64,000 nucleotides of DNA from Candidatus Omnitrophota bacterium. GTDB taxonomy: Bacteria; Omnitrophota; Gorgyraeia; Gygaellales; Profunditerraquicolaceae. How positions within the stretch are numbered: the first letter of the stretch is position 1; each line of letters begins with the position of its first letter. The position numbers were made by a program, and so were the translations under genes. The stretch is from assembly GCA_041651035.1 (NCBI GenBank), contig JBAZKC010000001.1, forward strand, positions 515,244 through 579,243, given 5' to 3'. Below are positions 63,601 to 64,000 of this stretch, piece by piece. The notes under the pieces were generated by a model. It did no database searches. It saw nothing but the letters and a program-made list of their open reading frames with translations, and was not told the DNA's origin.

Positions 63601-64000
63601 CCTTCAGGCGTTTTTACAAGCTTGCTTAATAAAGAGCTCACTACGCCGATAGCTGGCATTTTACGCGATGCCTCCAGAGCGAATGATAGGACAGGAATTG
63701 ATGGTATAACAGAAGAAAAAGGACTTGAGCCTATCAGCATGCCTTTGAACAATGAGCCGGGTAATGAATGGATATTCCCTGTTAAAGGCGATTATTATAT
63801 CAGCTCGGGTTATGGCCTGAGAGATCCTATTAAGTTCGATAAAGCAAAGGAAGACGGCCTTGCTCCTGTGGGAGGGGATAACGTTGTTCCTGTAACGGAT
63901 AAAGATGTTGCTGAATCTATAGTTGAAATAGAAATCCCAGGAGCCGTAGTGGGAGTAGAGAATCCTGAATCTACGATAAAAGGAGAAAGCTCTGAGCCCT
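39697..64000 (+). CDS. Giant gene (3'-partial; at least 24,304 nt / at least 8,101 codons in window). Membrane-anchored mosaic protein: C39-like peptidase N-domain, TM-rich and coiled-coil regions, and LysM-, HEAT-, GT9-, SAM-MTase-, GNAT- and GHKL-ATPase-like modules
   Basis: ATG 39697 has AGGTG 6 nt upstream and an in-frame TAA at 39682-84. I read frame ≡1 (mod 3) codon by codon to position 64000 without meeting a stop. The ORF track lists no plus-strand ORF in this frame across the region, only short ORFs in the other frames and antisense. Recognisable motifs are listed in the findings. Confidence 0.75.
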   Translation, partial: MDKGGYKKTEPENKPLGKKGLSPQGTVPGTFKSSFKAWIRVVAFLVVAVFLPEQVAQAVEYDWRVIWQKPAVYTSSYANTKDIHNADIPLAIRDILKDISGKPVNAIKISPTVTVELSKPLNISKQRIEEIYNWLRGKTCGSKALYDLLSYKGFKVAEQDIAVMALTIDILNDVVKAEGNPKVIKTSLYALSKASESFGLKLYPVKMDLSQGLSPKGTVPFIAHLNSDHYILVTRVTDEKVYFVEEHKEEFLPKEKFLKDFSGYCLISRQPSAIGLESVNDAEAKKILGARSYKGEYADLSSLFEKPSTSDLLMSLGMTVATVAIGGIGGGFSNAIVSFGTACFTSQVSGALTTMAQKELGWSPQASALLGMAVGSGLNMGLSASMSSTILGSGKTGTFTSFKYAPAGVQAFAANHPFVAGFAAGTLMGAAQGGLQIVLNDAFSGMDSSLRYGLSGLLSSTAVTFGSNALMGALPGGSGGWDAIKDTWNANNKQLPKYMLTQGIALGVEYLATETGFMKPEYSRILGQGLGSLITGFAFKSPGGIEQPGRWFTIEDSPLVTTLGNAVIDGLISGGISVGLTKLSNATEGNEFLDAATPYMAMLVSNVLYAGYHSWIAKDLYSAPSLSGNGTIYGTEKQLRELGITNLDLTQHATFLDLAYGQSQNIAREHLTFGYSSPFTPAAWLQGQQEYTTFNFALFNNKMWDFTGLTYYVDAAKQAQDTLRKNGGNPDDWRKQQILPDFMQSLVYYNRSFANAQATNTFADLFRDVYANDLGGNKLGAYQAGWVLKDGELTKVSFNNALKTSYGNNVFGTYNSLADVYGKQLSWNQSFYSNIGLTNEWWLGMSSSYIYPVFGGRLGNDIFPMVDGSPIKENTTGSLTTTLDIYKNKGGISTVNIDTDTRKTILEVAGKYKQDMGLEEMPLIQRYKKDNGGEIILSEVLIGPLDGKMPLSTRDWDLVQTLGGQPTLAMHFWGKQEIRRTDGSKDYGIEGKLSITDGILSGSVINKDGKGIVGGATKGGIEIKDYDNGATTILLPSFGNISYTGEGKNNNFSLKSSNTTVDASVIRFNPGKDSAVPEISIGITGEVGKSVPMLYKNIPLLSGGSGSSSKIKAPTKSIGIDQIVSGSTLKDGVVATPEQLLNSLLVFTFTEQGVYLFVDKDTLSVEMPSDVYMAVGAGNKVALPTDNYKLVKEFIGLENKSLMVTNNGAVRVDRSLIQWTPGFGAVGYDVRTDGYYKTTVGEDGKLSKLDAYVLGDTGTRDITLNEQEWTETYTNNGSTYWIGKPGGLPAIAAEKDKTITSEFANADRTLTFKGVATTRSYDNGKNHAAPATVFIYNDPSGKFPRFAVEKGITKGKSSIDPTNPYAVPTSANFKTTHENLLLAQSGIFSMVNNVKYSPVVKKVEKSAFEKEVDRHKEVIAKAITKDKISSNIIKSQPDTKEAKKFIAQSGVAQTNNSKPIPLGLIISLGAKTLTTGFEEMHAETSMAVPAKKIGGEIKEIADGILSKLGTGQGHKSRREFVTKVISDGMSGNFNDTAFVASLPGKIRQYMETTGDHFKELKDSNGKSRYSGRGKEYDFAAYLLATVKDSASWVDYKKIIEAGGDAVLNSNKTVKDTAEADKKQRDAEMAVTEKYGYSREGYQGRDGYTEEGLNSLQDNYNRPIFRESVLAKLDANSARTEFGTLKSDRTTPYKVDKAIEETIKESGGYSPRDLLDETTRHTVFSNDYIKNYNNESLFWNLVLNMASSAGLVDPKTGALKEGLQDSYELGKIFEAASEKLHYYPEGFSGRTGYAYKNVNSLRDTYNNDNFSATVNNAIKVASDINKYAKGDTISTLSRMTGSGYYIPVLTKEDLVVEMSAIGTMAKYIAKDIVVNPAVSLISSGIAKLVAPSPVALFLNNSKIISTPSPIGRLLSSSISKSLSVQAILESVSAMFMANSVVADLYLSKDDKKATFEEAYRSSGLKGLGYDMKVENFGIKSLYSAAMDTGINEFAHGDYVRGTLSYGLGFGGQLSATTAAIIAVAATGGLGSVTVPEVIGAMGLPGFLLAGDTVAANIEMQHPLHEGIGALSSLTGAGFTAGRGILWSFGRVGDYVGLENDLVSRVDSINKTEMEQLNTALRSLRGGEYWGPAAMAVISGARAYTQAYTGSYIVQFIAAPHEAIAGMVNLILKPGETLGAGKWDRFDVAAVTGSFVGGSLGFRGSLVFGDKVFKNLNIPSLARNISKFKGSTIGDIGISIAKGAPTAYLVTVGSSLVYPVLTNRSISSFSMSPFGQLGADTDSLWRASVGFSVIGSSTLAPVFKYLKTGELSAKLIKSSMAGGMALGTDYLVSRVQGQEYSLGRGAIVFSTAALSAFGLSYLGGKLPALLTKEYVSYTLGAGVSSLMGGIASNIAINGKYNFISTDPLMHFGIPAIITLAARLSAKDIGKLDSNISIQATNFGRNLVSRISPIHKFNPATGVLAKGFNIWGTIPLALTASGVVINNIDSIPADTKELINLALLTAGAMYITWGLRGEAGGGSGIKAIAERMFKKEITKTGAKVNWKSPDVWGIVSNASIPASVSALAILNSKGDNGQYEHFKNMSENLRFTLTLISGATLFAGIGGYKELWTNLTRGENVFTGKVLVKEKGAWKWELFKKSADGKLTEPINIYTPRAMLNLLGNRGVYWGATAVWVFGGGKLSDNETFKTIHTVTSIGLLAAGVIIPGVKPFVKNLGRSYNLLTGELGGKSGPSLFAYEIAKTALPIVPALTIGMAGYTDVQSYIYSMKDSQVTNILKYAFGLNEFKDSVIITGRSYYKDNTLTYEQIKDRFESEYKKPFDYLHASWFMTLASIKEELKKEGLSDAQRKGLEEKLKYYQGLSEKDFAVGTGKFRWLMRAQSGYEGFKMALWFGPVLYFVRPLLEAGLRRMPISGEVQAFLGEKGMGDSLIPKAKLPGTNIFSKLANKYALRPFYMAQGLIMEEQVRENIFSFMFNPFVTSAGVRLNTDPSSDGYRTQQQLLEGLQESNDFMGGRFGISNINSRVIKGLAEGGFTVTGISTPKVEDATNVPDAAEINNKLATNYTEGLNMIKDLPAGAVITINIPAEKHSSEMAAGNYRYEITSKSAWSKSIELYITEKGINQGLKTGSRDPVVTLTQAKDYAVDPVTKEASERVLVSRFNTEQINAVISGSDDIKITFKNKEGSSWVFTARELMPAVYERLENEPALREQVNALPAFQGLEVIQQVSFLESGMPRSPPSEQQIKARIEEIEGEYSTLLQRYNSSQDKNLIPGIQALDNRRIELEQGLVTNQTVVDKELSGITIIVQNIAPYSKRSRRFVEKDRELHLAYTQFQRSQDPLSVSAILELEQEVKDLHKEVVYEHALLKHGGDKIALRKEIIDSRIQESTSAISFLEDLKAQITDKENGMDDERYEEHLIAVEEQKMMLAKKDAEAISKRIVEVKKQIAEEGTESFRTEEAKDIEGQLKDLNKIKLQIQKGRAINVKEITYQDFLSAKKWESIFREELTSPQYKFPAGLFRGVDESAPQYARDFVEYLIKVRANNQPGLNEATLKKREGLFRGYFTYSYTGKNVAALRIEFGDNLFKLFSLLDSTATRESTFDLAKALFDQRKQIAGLYSEQLINLSEIIYQALKDDGKTRELIDNLPAILNEIQNSEVKGLPPTYRLLGEEREQAKNERRLNKEQGTVNIDIQPTPIENVTYALYGEDGIELDIQKMGSLLDILKNYSHELNHAIFKSLSVKEKKAIYDIFESDEVVNRLRYAMLYFRLMEQGGEWREELLSKFGIDLEHMDPSEVFNVVDKIKDTLSAHEYMFGIISRSANKEEGESRKKDLIEESLAVYQGYLILKGAQEELENDPNNAYLQTVFTPQLQRELKALSKIAEIIGPAIKDHPDVFEKVKDSLETIEANGGTLRKQQEENAEAADDASKPSSPLVTKMSQDEIMAKTLEAVAKAEGDKNAKVKTSSPIEQIEQTALMNIKSDERTYIEKVLSNREFFINSFQNLGMDAERIINVGQRFYGKQKAVYQATVLLKDGTSREFALVVIKGGDSVLRDLEFQKTVNNRDTAITQKLGGWSGEVERGVRVKIEEYVSGLSLESILDSLRAQLKDSQISDKTANKIKLLMEVLVRKANMITVRLWNVTGELNDIDYSNYKFDKKKGEKFLAPRIVDLDAPDDFDPRTPDNFEKSTAGDLVTLLSVDTTNTLGFASILDESIARAISQGRAFEEGKLEGIKILKDALAELAIKAKEEALYPYDKLVQSLKNYLSEEGGVKDYEYVDYTIDRFKLPVAEEAINRIPLYSSSPVVVIAEIMDKLQTKDLTIIQRRELIDEVNKVLVENPKESKEALIVWLVKNAQDKPWPDVLKGISALGLGEIMAVKVPFGVDINTLFEGLSSKGIVKEMAVSLYTMKPGITPYDYILAKDTARGQAYLVAYDNNGITGVFEGADMVKQLETIGLINPDPTAATTGVVLIQTSLAGTGFDKAIYAEAKAILHTHPLAYKTDKGPSKPSESDRELYNLRRGRKQITSSPLTLPSDEGRQADKLPIQPMLPATIPLSSQQQPVVGSLVGISSSSIIVNPVNSAILPGLFGRLTANIRLPIKSSVLHLASGLAPPDKSDSTKSKAGVAQIRVEVSIGAAELVQFGAIEVEESSADAANVSGTTSAASRNAEKQGVRAVSEETEKSTTILREYIGIEGALPDQDVTVSTAVYARVIAEIVNALGATFEVVKAGIEELLTGIFAVNKKPVVSVAGNAGVISRDPNLIVPSFGTGEIGASRIVASTPLGKIESGRFVPEISASAASPVTINFNTTKEIVRNITEAKSRLNSIIRDVKNGKDHNGSVRIKVMELVDWSEAEKEIYAQDLKDRIYASEAIESEVLGVEKVLKGIAAMDIKNELISLSDDPTQILALVDNGLRALAELLRSNPELRKKFIEEIVPVSYRGLYRKLEKEDVDKKQSANKLDSIEEKTKGIEEKIQALEKDFGEFKEEVRKAITALKEAGELTEQKIEELYKKFAVLELNMKKGDISKERIEERARELIEKARKRGEKVLPSEEHHYWMRAAEELYKEVSEMGNCLIGTAVVDPTYREEVILEARRAVKKMTGSFFIKINTFLEVMKRVTKQEWKGYWVDADKLKNSSDAVANKVMIVYKEGNQYHSFRFSEYKDGYFYGYAGNDFGETMPVKIHESKVITNNGKLTKKLEIMIVSAKEIKDKYFVSERELSEEEKEIEVGQRGGSGSAGGSTAGPGTGSTGAANAGGEGNGAVGPGSDPDKDAAADEDGTYEFGQINNIDTNYSASTPVINSTANFNANSSLAPPGVVHKASSSLARSFQKIILVAAIAIAIFSAAKPVNAATYYRDNSGAACVRVDKGDTFGGILQDIRVKFNAVDSQAYKSSGVFGEYWGPGGAVERAWGEIFAGQRSKPDLIYAGEEFSLENLHLPPIVEEALTGMPGPNPPSEENKPTDSAEPLGGSPQTTKQVTSIKKYIIIAAVAIAALACLILWLRSFKNKNTKKNDPKEVPPSGTSYYYYDGGEQIEIREETRKKVNNLKDSVGDGDTAAIDELSNLAKSGKQDEKILALKALINLAENGNEATKKAIEKLLGIDISGIRKALFVNALYAGMGDEIIRFQLIQALLAYNPDIEVDIVTNRPYIYNSLKGEFKVRIIDISKTPHMDARFDEKASGSYYDGHVIDLTRAPVDLLAEEYDFVFYVGHREGMLPFRAPVKIALSNVCPHTAPLELTVSNGDVFLLGGEKNVYATNLLLARALGLPTRFVLPELFVSEDAREFKETRAWLEANGLRINEEGRKPVVVLEAFGGGQQDKGFYRNTKAIAALAESLRDAGYTVVISRNDRANADKIAAIKKEMANTAGIIFMPSPTEQPAAWFKYFLNIADAVLAVEGGSPHFAYALGKPFIIIVSQPVMARMNGYGEPIEMWFSEYADRAKQDYVAFNKEFDEFSAADIAKIVNRFTQILPVSTSVSAASPVSSRSLPVIPAIPVSLAEQNLVKTTAKISSGVNRIARILDATREIRENYREKYDTLVNRFKANGEGTTRMYRAPPYGLAKAVLAAIWNAIKEVLNGQERGTRRVDEGRANGRGKEAARAILAFLGGTTGSREKGKESVSYALDVAFRSIKTAITNAANRIYLTYISKAGLTRSPPLVNSVTTNIKNLLTRPQVLITTVADLLGLAVIVVYGGFPGALLRGLTSPREALITTYATIKGGVPCAPSKLMNYALTILLNSSEIQQYLLQLGKMVMGISGYSLSMVRTSTLVMDGLKPGRSLPAVCARALSLVSPQQGITTSRSTESTEKGLIKPTRILGAFSTPTVSSPIGYTARHDAGIELFRLIIGFMVAKTNKDRSDKEVEAELLSGLRNKKIIDVGCGRIHKLVDYLRNVIKAKEVYGVDYALGQEVEYDINTGLIKGDAHELSDLLKRNGIEEVEVVIATAFFNSECVEIYTLDRLRVLQQIYQVLVSGGKVYLTSCARDKDLEAEFEKAGFDFENVNTSGYLGIYVLTKPGNVVVVSSPIEFRKLFSGSQPKDILFHNTTLAAVVSAIAREGQFGPAPREGVVYMAEQPVGPSDSFNNRVRNGDLKFLKQGIEKTAAKLNIPQGKLWKSIELSFNKDALAYENYGYIIATGVHLNMLSLESKKIILKAIPTLSPDDHTWMDEGWAIVKDSSSPISLKDTNAEELRMALSKWSIESHFECFLFREENWPSSNSGAVLRKIEKDGKLAGFISYLVGDRVSIKAFIVDPSKRGDGIGSEVIELIAAENIGKDIVVDPLSDRAVEFYKRLGFRVGFGGNYVRSAAEIIKFLRAGPQLDKVLNKFNIFSIDIGRINDIDTLAQEGKLNLAAGGVVIENGKDTCLKWTVRDVCQLAAKLSGRLLCHPALVSLYTRDSVLEFVLREAIKNSLAHAVRNGGKVWITWEIKNDKLILQVIDEGKQSFKLSTKSSKVQISDSFSQPLAGAGQGLEMIREYADRIKITPVYDKKGKIAGNRIILTIFIAHHQAREAEPASPVQPGVVKEEGQKSEDGSDFTSSPLKDTFGAVVRITGEQNNTTARGSFVAGLVALAVTGASILTLLQWPFITVAIAVGLITIPSVISAVLFFSQGLRIIHAFNKAGGVRGSPLTAPIAYVVNNTKTTEYDPAYKELHPNLQRSIGYHEQAHINGKGEIAAYLAQAGYSLRKSIYFIIPSAIFLSSAYLLTLPFIGILASWQAAVLFITAGSLVMYGLFSFVENAKILKRGEELVSSFGIKLSEVKSLPLDKILAINNYFNKHIYPELHKQSQITLGGSIKRIRTNPLRMIVYGGLGVLVAVTFPHHSLLAIIALIGLSIVLPFVAFVTYDFFHAGMIKAKARVEFFRDYLSGKLDANTKGKVKEEITKYAESLEKNNISFIAKYRAEVKGLWVTFTLCCPAISGIVVFALGRGQMIFWGSVVASTLMPLIFTTPAAAAGSVLVFLLPALSTFGLGACIGQCAAFLGAWGLSYTWGGLLRIAFIVWGLRLASIPILRNKIQDTYMVRRYGFPVLSGDWIYDNWEKLGEAHKMIIKYYITKGLVRSDGVPGLTDLIRKKVGVGREKEYKKGAAYQLFYYVLFDIAALGFILISPLFGLRYGVAYLAGKINTKLLGREKESLEEFLKEIEKESPLYHILLTTGAQWWISYGHMWIISAEIGAVIKSGEYLAEHPYLNFIGRPIDAVAKALEGQYGCIAWGSHLLNIADDSLGFSMAQVLHSAFRGTEDVNKWNNEFNLISSLYQAQSGTDKLTRLELRIEELRSRIDKESDENKKGKLNKKLEKLEREKEVFVLKTQKEEIAEFLAKNKKTFKVGDQAWQIAYVREILKLWFKGNVGISIGGVSDWAFTPAVTDLFEAMALEPQEFYTDTVGAYVRLAQMMSGLEATGVWDKKTQEKIGTIVLANLDEAIEGKETSVEVDTEVKVVGSNETILNVTKAPLITRAEKTIESFGALLRQGPSGVFTSLLNKELTTPIAGILRDASRANDRTGIDGITEEKGLEPISMPLNNEPGNEWIFPVKGDYYISSGYGLRDPIKFDKAKEDGLAPVGGDNVVPVTDKDVAESIVEIEIPGAVVGVENPESTIKGESSEP

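Overview
This 64 kb window looks like an accessory region of a bacterial genome; it is probably an uncultivated anaerobe (a superoxide reductase is present; GC is low to mid). Phylum is not determinable from sequence; from memory of the literature, Omnitrophota-type lineages are reported to carry both giant genes and Tad pili, which fits what is here.

Layout, 5' to 3':
- 1-1.7 kb: the 3' part of a HAD hydrolase gene and an outer-membrane beta-barrel gene.
- 2.1-12 kb: a plus-strand nucleotide-sugar modification cluster. It encodes an RmlD-like reductase, a class I phosphomannose isomerase, two PLP aminotransferases, a B12-binding radical-SAM enzyme, two methyltransferases including a TylC3-like C-methyltransferase, and a Dpm1-like polyprenol-phosphate glycosyltransferase.
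- 12-13.5 kb: two small lipoprotein or secreted-protein genes on the minus strand, a superoxide reductase gene and tRNA-Leu(GAG).
- 13.7-17.3 kb: a minus-strand signalling operon of a FIST sensor, a histidine kinase and a response regulator with a variant GGDDF diguanylate-cyclase domain.
- 17.4-22.3 kb: tRNA-Glu(CUC), a fused Lgt-Psd gene, a DUF374 gene and a 754-aa polytopic membrane protein with C-terminal TPR repeats.
- 22.3-39.2 kb: a Tad/Flp pilus locus. It has cpaB, a secretin with a TonB_C-like C-terminus, a fused cpaE-cpaF ATPase, eight tandem flp pilin paralogs (four with long Ser/Thr-rich tails), tadE-like and tadG-like pseudopilins, tadB and tadC. A REP/RAYT module (DUF192 gene plus an IS200-like tyrosine transposase flanked by GGGACACCC palindromes) and a 651-aa HTH/Pro-rich protein are inserted in it. 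A structured leader upstream of the first flp gene resembles a c-di-GMP-I riboswitch with a terminator-type expression platform.
- 39.7 kb to the window end: one uninterrupted plus-strand reading frame of at least 24.3 kb (at least 8,100 codons, 3' end outside the window). It encodes a membrane-anchored mosaic giant protein with an N-terminal C39-like peptidase domain, several TM-rich and coiled-coil regions, and LysM-, HEAT-, GT9-, methyltransferase-, GNAT- and GHKL-ATPase-like modules. REP-like palindromes (GGGACTGTCCC) lie upstream of it and also inside its 5' coding region.

The ORF track does not list the giant frame. I read it codon by codon from the sequence, and the track shows no competing ORF in that frame.
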